A DNA stretch of 64,000 bases from the NCBI RefSeq assembly GCF_009914755.1, contig NC_060946.1; one strand, written 5' to 3'. The DNA comes from the human T2T-CHM13v2.0 reference genome, Homo sapiens. Shown here piece after piece: positions 25,906 through 40,324 of the stretch (the stretch's first letter is position 1; each line of letters starts with the position of its first letter). The notes under the pieces were generated by a model that saw nothing but the letters and a program-made list of their open reading frames with translations, ran no database searches and was not told the DNA's origin. Made by a program: the position numbers and the translations under genes.

Positions 25906-26189
25906 TTTTATCCCATGTTACTTGGGCATGCCTGTGTTGTGGGTAGATTCTGACTCCCTCAATCTCAGGAGATGCCACATCCCATTTCCAGTCCCCTGAG
26001 TCATCGAGTGTCATGCCTGATAAATAGCCATCATTGTGGGAAGGCACCAGATCTTATTTCTCAGCTGGAGCTGACACCAGTACCTCCTGCCAAATGTGGG
26101 CGAGGTAAGCTGAGTCCACAACCGGAAGGGCCAGGAGGAGATGGGCACTCCAGTCCATGCTGTTTCAAAAAAAAAGTCCAGTTTTCTTG

Positions 26190-26630
26190 TTTCTATCCAC
26201 TTGTGAAATCTGCTGTCACCCTTTTGTAAGGATGTCTGAGAAAGTGCAAAACCAGATTTCCTGGATCCAGGGATGCAATAGTTTGTGCAATTATAACCCA
26301 ACACATCACAGAAGTCAGATTGGCGCTCGCTGCTTGCATAATTCATCACTCATTTTCTTGTCATGGCTTAAGACCTTTCATATCTGGTAGACAAAAAAAA
26401 TTAAGTTTACATTGCTCAATTAAAAATTCAGAAGTTTAAGGGCAGGAAAAAAGGAGAATGTGAGTTGTATCATCGTTAAATAGACAGATAGAAATAAAGC
26501 ACTGGAAGAGGAAACGTGGAAAAGGGGGCAAGGAAGAGACAATGGAAAAACGTGAACCTTGTTGGTAACTTGTCATTCTCAGATTAAGAATGTCAGTGGA
26601 GACTTCATTAATTCCTTCTTCCTAATGGTC
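26190..26630. promoter_or_regulatory. Candidate enhancer
   Basis: Repeat-free; gcaattat, attggcgctcgc, ttgcataattcat (POU/homeo-like), caattaa, acaatgg (SOX), tcattaatt. Confidence 0.4.
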
Positions 26631-26989
26631 AAAATTCAGGGACTGTGGCAGGATGGGAAGTGAGAAGCTTTGGGAGGAGGGTTTTCTAATCCTCCCTCCC
26701 TCTCTCTCTCCTTCCCTCCTTCCCTTTGTCTCTCTTCTTTCTCCCTCTCTTCATTCCTCTTTTCCAAAATTTTATTTAAGCCCCTATTCTTTACCAGCCA
26801 TACTGAAAAGCCCTAAGGATATAAAGTGAATGAATCAGAATCTTTTATTGACGAGGGACCTGCAGGTTGTTTGGAGAAAACACAATTCTAGCCCAGAGTG
26901 ATTAGTGATGATATAGGGGAAGCAGACAGGTTGTGGGAGCCCAAAAGGGATGGCTGATCCAGCCAGGGAATGGCCAGGGAAGCTTCTAA

Positions 26990-27305
<316 letters not shown>

Positions 27306-28145
27306 CTTGATTTGGTCCTTAAAGAAGGCATGAGTATTAGGTGGGTGATGGATAGGGGATAGGGTGAGGGATGGCATTCTGTGTAGGAGTGAACAACATG
27401 TGCAGAGGCCCAAAGGCAGGATAAAATATGGTGTGTTTGTGTGGAGGGTGGAGATTGGGCTGGGTGGAGATGGGGTTAGAGTGAGGCAGCGCTCAGGTCA
27501 TTAAGAACCTTGTGGGCTAGATTAAGAAGCTTCTACTTAGCTCCCACTAGATCGAAAGGTTCCTTGAAGGCAGGGACTATGTCTTTTCTATTCTTTGGCC
27601 AGTGACAACCCATTCCCTGGCATATGATCTGGCACAAAACAGGACTCAACGAGTGTTTGTTGACTGACTTTATTATTTCAGAAGTCATAGGGAGCCATTG
27701 AAGAATCTTGAGCACAGGAGCAACATAATCATGTCTGAACCCTTGAAAGATCTGTCTGGATGGACAATGGGTGAAAATGACTTGGAGGAGGAAGAGAGGA
27801 GCTGGCCAGGGCCCTAGGCTTGGAGACTGTAGTCAAGACTATTAATGGTCACAACTATTTAATCTCCTCGTCTTCCTTTTGGTGATAGAATCCCCTGAAG
27901 CACAGGGCACAGAGCTGCCTAGCTAGAGACTGCATTTCCCAGCCTCCCTTGCAACGAGGTGTGGCCATGTGACTAGGTTCTAGCCAATGAAATGTGACTG
28001 GATGTGATAGGTGTGTGTTTAACTTTCACACTTCCTCCTTGAAAGGGAGCTACCTGTCCCATTTCCCTCGTTTTTTCCTGTCTTGGATATAGTCAGAATG
28101 ATGGGGAATAGTTTCAACCACGGAGATAAGGATCATTCTCTAGGG

Positions 28146-28662
28146 CAGGGATTGGCAAACTTTGCTTGTGAACCTGTACCTCCTGGCCATTTGTTTCTGT
28201 AAATAAAGTTTGATTGAAACACAGCCACATGCATTCATTTACCTATTGTCCATGGCTGCTTTTTGCTACAGAGGCAGAGTTGAATGGTTGTGACAGAAAT
28301 GTTTATGGCTCTCTAAGTCTAAAATATTGACTATTTGGACCCACTGTGGTGGCTCATGCCTATAATCCCAGCACTTTGGGAGGTTAAGGTGGTGGCTCAC
28401 TTGACTGTAGGAGTTTGAGACCAACCTGGGCAACATAGCAAAACTTCGTCCATATGAAAAATCAATCAGGCATGGTGGCATACACCTATAGTCCCAGCTA
28501 CTCAGGAGGCTGAGGTTGGAGGATCACCTGAGCCTGGGAGGTTGAGGCTGCAGTGAGCCGTGATTATGCCACTGCATTCCCGCCTGGGTGACAGAGTGAG
28601 ACCCTGTCTCAAAAAATAAAATATTGACTATTTGATGCTTTACAGAGAGTTTGTCAATCCTG
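28146..28662 (+). mobile_element. MER58A (hAT-Charlie), split by AluJ
   Basis: cagggattggcaaact..tgtaaataaagtttgattgaaacacagccac..tttacagagagtttgtcaatcctg; 8-bp TSD ctctaggg/ttttaggg. Confidence 0.9.
28337..28616 (+). mobile_element. AluJ
   Basis: gaggctgaggttggaggatcacctgagcctgggaggttgaggctgcagtgagccgtgat (J-type); perfect 17-bp TSD taaaatattgactattt at 28320-28336 and 28617-28633. Confidence 0.95.
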
Positions 28663-29496
28663 TTTTAGGGGATGGCAGAGCTACAAGGTGGTAGAAACCT
28701 GGGTCCCGGGATGGCTTTGTGGAGCAGAGACACCTACCTACTTTAACAGCCCATTTACATCAAGAGTGATAAATGAGGGAAAATAAACTTCTCTAGTTTT
28801 CGATGTAGATGTTCGGTTCTCTGTTGTGGAGGCAGCTCAGTTCTATACTTAAGTATTCATCAAATAGTTATTGAGTCTGTTGAATTGGGGCAGATGGAAG
28901 ATGGAGTGATCTGAACTAGGGCAGAGTTGATGAGGAGGAGAGAAGTGAGTGGAGTCCAGAGACACTGGGGAACTCAGTGGGCAAATCTGGTGTCTGTCTG
29001 GAGGAAGAAGTGATGGAAGAACCAGAAATGACTCCCAGGCTAATGAGGTGACTGCAGGGGACAGGGGAGCAGGTTGGGAAAACTGAACTCAGTTTTGTTT
29101 ATATGATGGTTGAGGTATCTGTGAGTCCCAATGGGTCTGGGAGGCGGTTGGCTTTCAGGGGAGGATTTGGAGAAGTGACATAGCGTGTATGAATGGGATA
29201 GAGCCCACTGCTTGGTAAGGTGATGCTAGCACCAGAGTTTGAGCTAGGAAAGTCTCTAACTATCACTCAGCCATTTCCCCATGGTATCCCTAAAAAGGCT
29301 GAGGCTTAGAAGTGATAGCAAGCTCTTCCAAAGCCGCACAGAGGGGTGTTGGCAAAGTCCAGGCATCCTGAGTCTGGGTCTCGTACTGACTCGCCTCCTT
29401 CACAGACATCCACATGCCAGGTCCGCTGCCAGGCATAGGGTTACAGTGGAAAGCCAAACACACATGGTCACTACCAAGTGAATGATGACACGCCAA

Positions 29497-29567
29497 CTGT
29501 AAGAGGTACCCGATTTCAGAGATGTGGAGACTTGCCAGATGTGCATCTTAGGAAAATGAGCTATGGT
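29497..29567 (-). mobile_element. MER104-like DNA transposon fragment
   Basis: tgtaagaggtacccgatttcagagatgt..atgtgcatcttaggaaaatgagctatgg. Confidence 0.55.
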
Positions 29568-29769
29568 GATTAAGAGCAGCTACTATTTCCTGAGCATATC
29601 TCACCATGGGCTGAGAGAAGTGCTTTTTATGTATAATCATAGTCAGTTCTCACAGCACAAAGGTAGGTGTTACTACTAGCCTCACTTTGAGGATGAGAAA
29701 AAGTTAGGTTCAGAGATGCCATCTCTAGTCAAAGGTCACACAGCAAGAAAATTGCCAGAGTTGCTCATT

Positions 29770-30560
<791 letters not shown>

Positions 30561-30814
30561 TCAACATGTACTTTACTGAGCATGTGCTATGTGGCAGCCT
30601 GAATCAGAGGCTGGATAAGATAATGAATTCTGCCAGACCCAATTCCTGCCCTCAGTGTTTTTCACAAAGTAACAGGGGAGATGCACACATCCAGTGGACA
30701 TTCTGTGAGGACCCCAGGCAGATACAGAATAGGTGAAATAAAATAGGAATGGGAGCTTGTCTGGACAAGGAAGAACTTGCCCTGGAGTTCAAAGGCAGGT
30801 GGATTTTTTTTTAA

Positions 30815-31790
30815 AGCTCCTCTTAGTAGTATAAATACACCAAACAAGTGCACGTCTTGATACATTTCACAAGATGAATGCCCCCAGCACCCTCATCATG
30901 AAACAGAGTATGGCAGGCTCCCCAGAAGTTCCTGAAGACTCCTTCCAGTGACTCCCAGGTAACCCTTAGCCCGACTCCTAGCACCACAGATTATTTTTTC
31001 CTGCCTTTTATGTCTGGTTTCTCTTGCTTAAGACTATGTTCGTGAGATCCATCCATGTTGTGTGTAGCTGTACCTCATGCATTCTCATTACTATCCAGCA
31101 CCCCAGTGTGTGGATACACCATAATTTATTTGCCCATTCTGCTGTTGCTGGAGAATTGAGTTGTTTCCGTTTTTGGCCATGGTGGGTTGTGCTGCTATGA
31201 CATTCTAGTGCATGTCTTTGGAGGAACATATGTACACATTTCTGTTGGATATGACCTAAGAGTAAGCTTTCTGGGTCATGCGCTGTGCATATGCTGAGCT
31301 TTAGTAGACTCTGCCAAGCAATTTTCCAAAATGGTTCTACCAATTAACACTCCCACCAGAAGTGTATGAGCATTTGAGCAGTGTATCCTCAATAACATTT
31401 GGTATTTTCTGTCATTTTCATTTTACTTCATTTTTATTCTTTTGGGAGTGAGATGGTATTACATTGTAGTTTTAATTTGCATTGCCTTGATGACTAATGC
31501 AGCTGAACATGTTTTCATGGTTACTGGCCGTTTGATAATTTTCTTTTGGTGCAGTACCTGTTCAAGTCTTTTGCCTATTTTTATTCTATTGGGTGCTCTA
31601 CCATTTTCTTATTGGTTATAGGTGATTATACATTCTGGATACAAGTCCTTGGTTGAAGATCCTATTGCAAATATCTTCTCTGCTCTGTGGGTTTCTCTCT
31701 CATTCTCCTAATGAAGACATTTGATGGATAGATATTCTCACTTTTAATATAGTACACTTTATCTCTCTTTTTTCTTACAGCAGAATAGAA
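30815..31790 (-). mobile_element. Old L1M (L1ME/MD-type) 3' fragment
   Basis: tgtgtggatacaccataatttatttgcccattctgctgttg..gactctgccaagcaattttccaaaatggtt..ctcccaccagaagtgtatgag..gtagttttaatttgcatt..ctgttcaagtcttttgcc. Confidence 0.88.
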
Positions 31791-33083
31791 TTTTCTCAAG
31801 GATGTTTAAATGCAGAAAGCAGTCTTTTCCAGTGGAGGGAGGGGTGGGAAGGTGGGAAAGTCAGGGTCTTGGAGGACATAGGTGTGACCTGACCCTCAGA
31901 GATGTGTAAAAATCTGGGAGGTGGGGAAGGCTGCAGAAGTTTTGGGGGACCAATCATGGAGGCTTCCTTAAAGCTATGCTGTGAAGTTGGACTTCCTTCC
32001 TGAAACCGACAGAGGACTGAAGTTTTGAGCAGGGGTTGGCAAGACCACAGCTGAGGTTAGGAATGTTAATCCCACAGTGAATGCCTGATAGAGTAAAGTG
32101 GAGTTGGGGAGGGTCCAGCCTGGAAAGACTTGGGGCAGCCTTATAGAGAGGGCTTGACATTCTTTCTCCCCACAGGAGGATAGCCAGGGGGTGGAGTTGG
32201 GGACATATTTATGGATGATGTATCCTTAAGGATAATGTCACAGCCCTCTCTGGCCCTGACTTAGTATAGAGCTGTTTTTCTGCTGTTATGTAGAAGCTCA
32301 GAGAATAAGCAGATGCATCAGAGGATCACAGGTCAATCCTTTATCCATCAGCCCTCAGAGCTTTGGAGGAGATGGGGCAAGCTTGCCTGTCTTATGTCTG
32401 GGAAGAGTTCTCTGAGGTGGAAGACAGGGTGGAGGCCTGGGAAGAACTGGGGGGCATGGGCAGGAGACCTGGATTATAAGCTTGGTTCTACTTCCGTCCA
32501 TTGACATATGACCTCGGGGAAGTTTCTTCCCCTCTCTGGGCCTGAGTTCCCTTATCCACAAAAAGGGTTGTAAGACTCACATGAATGCATGGACATGAAA
32601 TGGTCTGTGACTAACACTTCACAAATGTAATGAATTACTGTGTCTTCCCCTTCCTCTCTCCGCCTCCAACCCAGGAACCTGGGGATCAGAGAACTTTCCA
32701 TTTATCCTGCTAACGATTATGCCTGCACTGGTCTATCTACAGGGACTGTATTACTAGACCTAACCCAGAATTAAAGGTATTTGTCACCTAGGCTTCCTTG
32801 CTTAACTGAGTTACGAGGAGTTCCCACCAATACCAACCTCCTCTGTCTGAAATCTAAGCATCTTACAACCCAGATAGGGACATGGAAATTATGTATTTTC
32901 ATTTGTAATGTATTCTCAGTTTCTCTAAAAATATTTAAGGTGACTGGCAAGATAATAATAACTATATCCTTAGGTCAGACACTATGCTGGTCATCCTGGT
33001 AGGAGACACGCTTGGAGTTGTGCACAGACAGGATGCTACCAGCAGAGGCATGTAGTCGGAATAGAGCAGGAGCTCAGAGAGCC

Positions 33084-33760
33084 TGTGGTGGGGAGTTGCA
33101 TGTGTCAACCTGGTGAGGCTATCGCACCCAGTCAACCCCACACTGATCTAGGTGTTGCTCTAAAGGCATTTTGTAGATATGGTTAATATCTACCATCAGT
33201 TGACTTTAGATAAGGAGATTATCCTGAATAATCCAGCCCTATTCAATCAGTTAAAAGGCCTGAAGAGTGGAACTGAGGTTTCTCTGAGGAAGAAGAAATT
33301 CTGTCTGAAAACTGCAGCATCAGTTCCTCCCTGAGCACTTCCAGCCTGCTCTTCTGTCCTGCAGATTTTGGATTTGTTAGCCCCACAATTCCGTGAGCAG
33401 ATACCTTAAAATAAGTATCTTACTGTATCTCTCTATCTCTATCTCTCTCTATGTACCTCTATCTCTACCTCTATTTCCTTTTCTATTTCTATCATCTTCA
33501 TCTCCATCTCTATCTCTATCATCTCCATCTCCAATTCATCTCCATCTCTATCTCCATCTCCATCTCTATCATCTCCATCTCTATCTCTATTATCTATGTC
33601 TCCAACTCTGTCATCTCCATCTCCATATCTATCTATATCTTTATCTCTGTTATCTCCATCTTTATCTCCGTCTCCATCTCTGTCTTCATCTCTATCTCTA
33701 TGTGTGCATCTACATCTCTGTCTACATATCCTATTGGTTCTGTTTCTCTGGAAACGCTCC
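33084..33760 (+). mobile_element. ERVL solo LTR MLT2 (MLT2D-like)
   Basis: atgtgtcaacctgg..ctgatctaggtgttgct..aatcagttaaaaggcctgaagag..gaggaagaagaaattctg..tcctattggttctgtttctctggaa. Confidence 0.9.
33420..33728. repeat. (CTATCT/CCATCT)n degenerate hexamer repeat within MLT2
   Basis: ctctatctctatctc..ctccatctctatctccatctccatctctatc over about 300 bp. Confidence 0.92.
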
Positions 33761-33859
33761 CTGCCAGGCACAGAGCCCTAAGAAAGTACTTAAAGCCAAT
33801 GTCGGTGGGAGCATTGGATGATGAAGACCAGCTCTCTGGCCTTAGCATCTTCTATTTTC

Positions 33860-34255
33860 TCTCCTTTACTCTGCTCTAGCCTCAAAGACCTTCTTTCTAG
33901 TCCTTAAACATGTCAATCACATTCTAGCTGTCAGACCTTGGCACTGACTCTTCCCTCCACTCAGAGAGCTCTTCCCCACAACCTGAGCATCTACTTTATC
34001 TAGGTCTCTGTGTAGATGCCACCTTGTAGAGAGGCTTTCCCCGATGTCTCTAATCTAAAATATCTACTGCCATCATCCTCTTTTTACTCAGATATTTTTC
34101 TTCCCCGTGGTTGTCACTGTTGGCTATTTCGTATCTTTCTTTTAATTGTCTACTTTGCCCACTGGAATAGGAGCTCCATGAGAGCAGAGACATCACTTAT
34201 TCTTTCCTATGTCCTAGTCCTTATCACAGTGCCTGGCACAGAGTGGCACTCAATG
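33860..34255 (+). mobile_element. L2 3' end
   Basis: gccaccttgtagagaggctttccccga..actggaataggagctccatgagagcagaga..cacagtgcctggcacagagtggcactcaat. Confidence 0.8.
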
Positions 34256-35164
34256 GGTCCAAAATTGTGGTAGATTTTGAATGCTGGGCTAAGTAACTGT
34301 AAGGAGTTGAAACCAGCTTCACCAACTGATCTCCTTCTGACAGCTGTGGACTCCCAGAGGGACGCCATGGAGGGAACTTGCAAAGAGACGCCAGCACGAA
34401 ACAGCTTGGAGGTACTTGACAATTTTCCCTTATCTCCAATCCACGTTGCCTGGCCAAGTTGTTCATGAAGGAGGCCTTATGATGCATCTCAAAAAAGCAA
34501 CCCCAGCCTATCAATCACTCAGCAAATTTTGGAAGGAAAAACAGATATCAAAAACGAAAGTGCACAGTGGTAACATATGATATCAGATCCGTCATTCTTT
34601 ACAGCAACATGGATGATGACGTTTGGGAAACAGCAGTTGTACCCAAAAGATAGACAGGCAGTTTTGACATATCTTGCCAGAGAAGGATCACCCACCTCAT
34701 CCCGGTATCCCCACCTTCCCAACCCGATCACAAAGAATGACAGAATTAAAAACAATCAGGCAGATAGCAGAAGCTGCGGACATTTGGGGGTGGGTAGTAA
34801 CCACAAGATGAAGTTCCAGGGAACCAGGTATCAGCATATTCTCAGTCTAGGCAAGGGGGTGGCTGCCTACAAGGTGAGATTTGGTAGGCTCTGGGAGGAC
34901 TCACTTGCCTCCAATAATGCTTTCAGTGGTCTGTCCAGGGTGCTGAATTGGCACCGCTCAGGGTTAATTAGTGTTGGCAAGGAGTCTAACAGGTGATGGT
35001 TATCAGCCATTGGCTCCTTTGTGAGAGTGAGTTTATTGTGAGCTAATAAAGCTGGAGTAGGGAGTAGATATCTAGAAATTACAATCATAAGCTTACAAAG
35101 GCCAGTTGATAACATAAGCAAGTTATAAGGCAATAGGGAGTGGTGGGGATTGTGGTTAAGTTGA

Positions 35165-35330
35165 GAGTACAGGCTCCACCTAAAAAGGGAAGCCACCACC
35201 CAGTTTCAGCTGTTTGAGGCCAGGTGGAATGTGAGACTGGCGATTTTAATCATAATTTATAGGAGGAGCTATACGCCTCTTTTATGTGAGATCTCTTGGT
35301 TTTAAATCCTGGCAACTAATTTTAATGTGT
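35165..35330. mobile_element. MER102-like hAT fragment
   Basis: ttttatgtgagatctcttggttttaaatcctggcaactaatt. Confidence 0.45.
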
Positions 35331-36656
35331 TCTAGGCTAACTCCTTATCTTAAGGCGAGGAGATCCAGGCCCAGAGAGGGGAAGAGACTTGCTCATAGCA
35401 GCTCAGAAAGTTGGCTTCAGGGTAGGGACTGGAATCCCATTGACTGACTCCCAGTTTAGTGCTCTTTCCTCTTTACTCCAGCATGCTTTCCTCTTCAACA
35501 GGAGAAGTCTTTCCTCTCTGACCCCTAAACTTAGAAAATACGAGTGAAGGGAAGAAACAGAGTTGGGGAGATGTCTGAGCAAACCAATTCTAAATTTTAC
35601 AAGAGCACAAGATAGCCACAATTATTTCATCACACTCTAGCTCAGCTGAAGCTCCAGGCTGAGAGGTTAGAGGCTGGAGAATGAGGATATTAGGATTGAT
35701 GGAGCAGTAGGCTTTGCAAAGATATGTGCCCCTCCTGGGCCATCTGCAGAGTTCTGGGACATCCCCTTGGGAGCACCTCTGAGCTCAAAGCCAGATGCTC
35801 CCCCTTTTCCTTTTATCCTAACCAGGTTTCACAAGAACAGATCCTATTGATCCCCAGTAGTAGCAGATTCTCTTTGTAGGAGTTCTCTGGGCAAGAAAAA
35901 TCAGGCAGACCATAGGGAATAATCAGCCAGGAGGTATCTGGTCTAGCCACCTACCCTACCTCAATCCCATCCTCCATCTACTCCGAGGCTTGGGGCCCCT
36001 GAGCCCTCATCCCCAAAAGCTGGAGGAATCTTTCTTCCTTGACAATGCTGGGGACAGAGTCTGCATTAGACAAATCAACAAGGCCATCTCAGAAGAGACC
36101 AAATAGGAAATAAGAGGCCCCATTGCCTAATGGGACTTATCAATTATGATCTAGGGCCATATTTCTTTGAGGGGTGATTGTTTCACGGAGTCTGACATCT
36201 CATATAGCTTTAAATTACTCACAACCGGGATGGCTTACAAGATAGCAGTAAAATCAGGAGAGGATTGGGCAATGTAATTATAGTATGGAAATGATGTTGA
36301 TCACTCAAGCAGGGAGCAGACCTTGAATAGAAAACCCTGCTCTGTCTCCCCACCCCCTGCCTTCCACAGCTCCCACTGGAGCTTTAGCCACCACATCCAG
36401 GAAACCGGGAGGTAACCTCCTTCCTACTTGGAAGCTGGAAGGTGGCCAGGTCCCTATGTAGAGTATAATGAGGTGTGGGGCTGGTGTGGACCAAGGGATC
36501 AGGACCAAGGGCAGATCCCATGGGACCCATTATCAGGTTAATGGGAAAATCTGAGTCGGCAGGGCTAACCCATTACGCTAGTTTACGAAGGTAACAATTT
36601 CCCAAACGGTTAATATGTGCGAAGAACTATATTAGGATCTGAAATTTTATACATAT

Positions 36657-36925
36657 CCTTCCTTCCTCCCTCCTTCCCTTTCTTCCTTCCTTTCTCCCAC
36701 CCACCCTTTCTTTCATCCATTCATCTATCCATTATCCATCCACTCTGAAATACTTCATTTCATTTTTAATTCCCCTCCTCCTTCCTTCCTTTATCCCGCC
36801 CATCCTTCCTTTCTTTCATCCATTCATCCATTCATGTATCCATCATCCACCCATCTGTTATGAAACTATTAAATCCATCCTTTCTTTCTTCCTCCCTCTC
36901 TCCCTTCCTTCCTTCCTTCCTTTTA
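36657..36925. repeat. CT-rich / (CCTT)n / (CCAT)n composite low-complexity repeat
   Basis: ccttccttcctccc..catccattcatctatccattatccatcc..ccttccttccttccttcctt. Confidence 0.85.
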
Positions 36926-37109
36926 TCTACTCATTTACTGAGTACCACCTCCATGCCAGAAAATATGTAAGGCTTTCAAGGATACAGAGATGGATTATTT
37001 CAACTATTCAGTGAGCATATACTATGTGCAAACATTGTGCTAGCATCCAGATAAGGAAAAACTCATTATTCATATTATTCCTCAAATACTTACGGATAAT
37101 TGACAAGTT

Positions 37110-37535
37110 TGTAGGACTACTCACTGCTCATCAAATCAATTTCTTTTTTTTCCTGAGCACACAGTTTAAGCTACATCTCCCAGCCTTCCCTGCAGTGAGG
37201 TCTGGCCATGTGACTGAATTCTAACCAAAGAAACTTGAGCAGAAGTGATGTGGGCTAGTCCCTGGCTTAGCCACAAAATCATCCTACTCTTTCTCCAACC
37301 TCCCAGCTGGGCTTCAGCACCCAGTGTGACCCTAGAAGGCCACTTGTCGAAACTTGCAGGATCATCAGGAGCCTGGGTTCTTGAATGAACAAGTGGAACA
37401 GAGCTTCTCTCTCACTCCTGATCCTCTGCTGCCCTGAACCTGCATTGCATCATCAGGTAAATAAGATAAACCTGTGCTTTTTGGGCTGAAGGGGCATGGG
37501 TATTGTCAGTTGCAGTAGTCAGCTACACTCTATAC
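37110..37535 (+). mobile_element. Old MaLR LTR (MLT1J-like)
   Basis: gctacatctcccagccttccctgcagtgaggtctggccatgtgactgaattctaaccaa..gagcagaagtgatgtg..gagcctgggttcttgaatga. Confidence 0.75.
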
Positions 37536-37549
37536 CAGGTGCCGGGAAT

Positions 37550-38170
37550 GTAAACATACATGCAAACCTTTCCTTGGCACCTACTGTGGTCCAGGCAGCA
37601 TACTGAGTGCCCGGAATGTGGAGCACAGCTCATTCATTCAAACACTTATTGTTCTAGGCTCTGGGGCTATGGAGACAGATAAATAGCAATTAATTGGTCA
37701 TTTTCACAAACATTCATTAGGTAATTAGTATGTCCTAGTCTTGGAGTTAAACACTGGGGGCACAGAGGACAATTTATTCAATCATGGATTAAGTTTCCTA
37801 CCACGTGCTGGACACTAGGTTAAGCATTAGGGAATCGAAGATAGACAAGACTCCTGTCCTCAAGGCATTCACCATTTGGTGGAAGAGCCACATCACATCC
37901 TGGTGGTGTAAGTACAGAAAGTGTTCAAATAGAACTTTTTATGAGGTTGTGTGGTAACCCAGGAAATGATCTCTACTTGGAGCTGAGAAGGAAGAGGTGG
38001 GAGCAGGGAAGATTTCAATAAGTGGTGGTTTTATATCTGGGCAGATAATAGGTGGAAGGGAAATCCAGGCAGAGGACACAGCATGTACTAAGGAGGTGTG
38101 TCCTGGGATCAATGAGTTCTGCGTGACCGGAGCTCAGAGACAGGTGGCAAGGACAGAAGCAGGTGAACAG
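37550..38170 (-). mobile_element. Clustered L2 3' fragments
   Basis: Several antisense L2 ends (ggcacctactgtggtccaggc; cattcattcaaacacttatt; tcctaccacgtgctggacactagg..cctgtcctcaaggcattc). Confidence 0.6.
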
Positions 38171-39084
38171 GGTGGCAGCCTGACTCCAGGGCAGATGCTC
38201 TTCTCTTTCTCCCTGCAGTGTTTGTGTGATTGGAGCTAGCAGGGGTCAGAGGCTAAGACTGACTCCACCTCTGGCTGAGGTGGGAGTAGACATTCTGTCT
38301 TATGCCTCTCCCACTTCCAAGGACGGCGGCTGTTTTGTTTCTCCTTTTTAAACAATACCTTTTACGGGAGCGCGAGCTCTTAATGTTATCCCACTAATAT
38401 TATCTCCATTTTATGAATGAGCAAACTGATTATCAGAGAGGTAAATTACTCACTCAAATCACACAGCTGTCTGATCCCAGGGTTGGCACTTAAATGTCCA
38501 AGTGAGATCACATTCACGATGTGCTCGTGGCCCTTGCAGAGTAAGAAACAAGTTTCCAGCCCCAACAAAGATGCAGAGGCTCTGAAAGTCTCTGGGGGTG
38601 ATTGACTATATTTGGCAGAGGCCAAGGAGCTTCTCCTCCCAAACACTAAACAGAACTGGCTCCACATGGAGCTGGTGTGTGTGTGTGTGTATGTGCGTGC
38701 AGTTAGGGGTATAAGTGTGGGGGAGTCCTAGCTGAGCCAGGACCAGCCCGAGCTATGCCGGGAAGGAATAAATCTCTCTCTGAGCCAACATTAATATAAG
38801 CTTGGCAGGTTCTGGGCAGGCCCCTGGTTGATTATGCCAATGGACACTGGGGAGGGGAAGATTAAGCTGCCGGAGGGTGGTGTGAATGCATATCACACAG
38901 GGTAATGCCTTGAAAATATATAGCATCTAAGCAGGCAGACAACTGAAGGCAGGGTAAAGGAGGATGGTGGGAGGTGGGGGATGGCATCTGTTTGCAATTA
39001 TGATGACCAGAACCCACTGAACAAGGCTGAGGAATAAGATACCTAGGGTACCTACTTTAAGTGAGTTGCAGGAGAGCCAATTCT

Positions 39085-39656
<572 letters not shown>

Positions 39657-40324
39657 TTATCCCAGCACATCTGTGAGGGAATTTGACAAAGGTCATGAGG
39701 CTCAGCCCAGAATTTGAGAGCCATGGACAGCCATGTCCTAGAGAAAGAGCATGATGACCTGCATAGGAGTCTGGCTTGGAGATAGCTAATGGGAAAGATC
39801 TGAAAAGGCCAAGGGTCTATGGAGAGCCAGAGACCTCAAGACAGCATAGCAGAGCAGGTCACAGAGTAGGCTTCTTATCCCAGGGCTTTGGAGGCTAAGA
39901 AGCTGCCTTGAGCACTCATCAGCTGGAAATTCAAAAAGAAAATAACAAAAACCAAAATAAAATTTAAGATTATTTCCTTTGGAAACATCTTCTCACCTCA
40001 AGTTTGGAACGAGTGGTCTAATCTATTTGTCATGTATTAGTATGGTCATATTCAGCCAACATAGTGGTAATTATGGTAATAATGGATACCGGTAACAATA
40101 ATTCATTCATTTGGTGAACAAATGAGAACTTACTATAGGACCAACACTAAACTAACAACTGGGAATAGATTGGCAGAGACTGGGATGAAGTCTGCTTCCA
40201 TGGAGCCTGCTGTTTTGTCTAGGGTAATATTAACTACCCTTAGTTGAGAGTCTGCTAGGCACCATCTAAACAAGATGTGCCATGTCCCCATCCCCTTCCT
40301 TAACCTCCCAGCCACCCTCTGGAG

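Larger units (their letters stand above)
27840..28840 (+). mobile_element. Old MaLR LTR (MLT1J/K-like), split by MER58A
   Basis: gactgcatttcccagcctcccttgcaacgaggtgtggccatgtgactaggttctagccaatgaaatgtga; resumes 28663 gatggcagagctacaag..aacctgggtccc..gtggagcagag..aaataaacttct. Confidence 0.75.

Noticed and set aside
31008-31343. 111-aa ORF resembling the L1 ORF2 C-terminus (also 48396-48587)
   Set aside because: Real homology, but to decayed L1M fossils with no intact retrotransposon frame.
33393-33879. 142-aa LHLYL / ISISI / DRDGD ORFs
   Set aside because: Hexamer repeat inside an MLT2 LTR.
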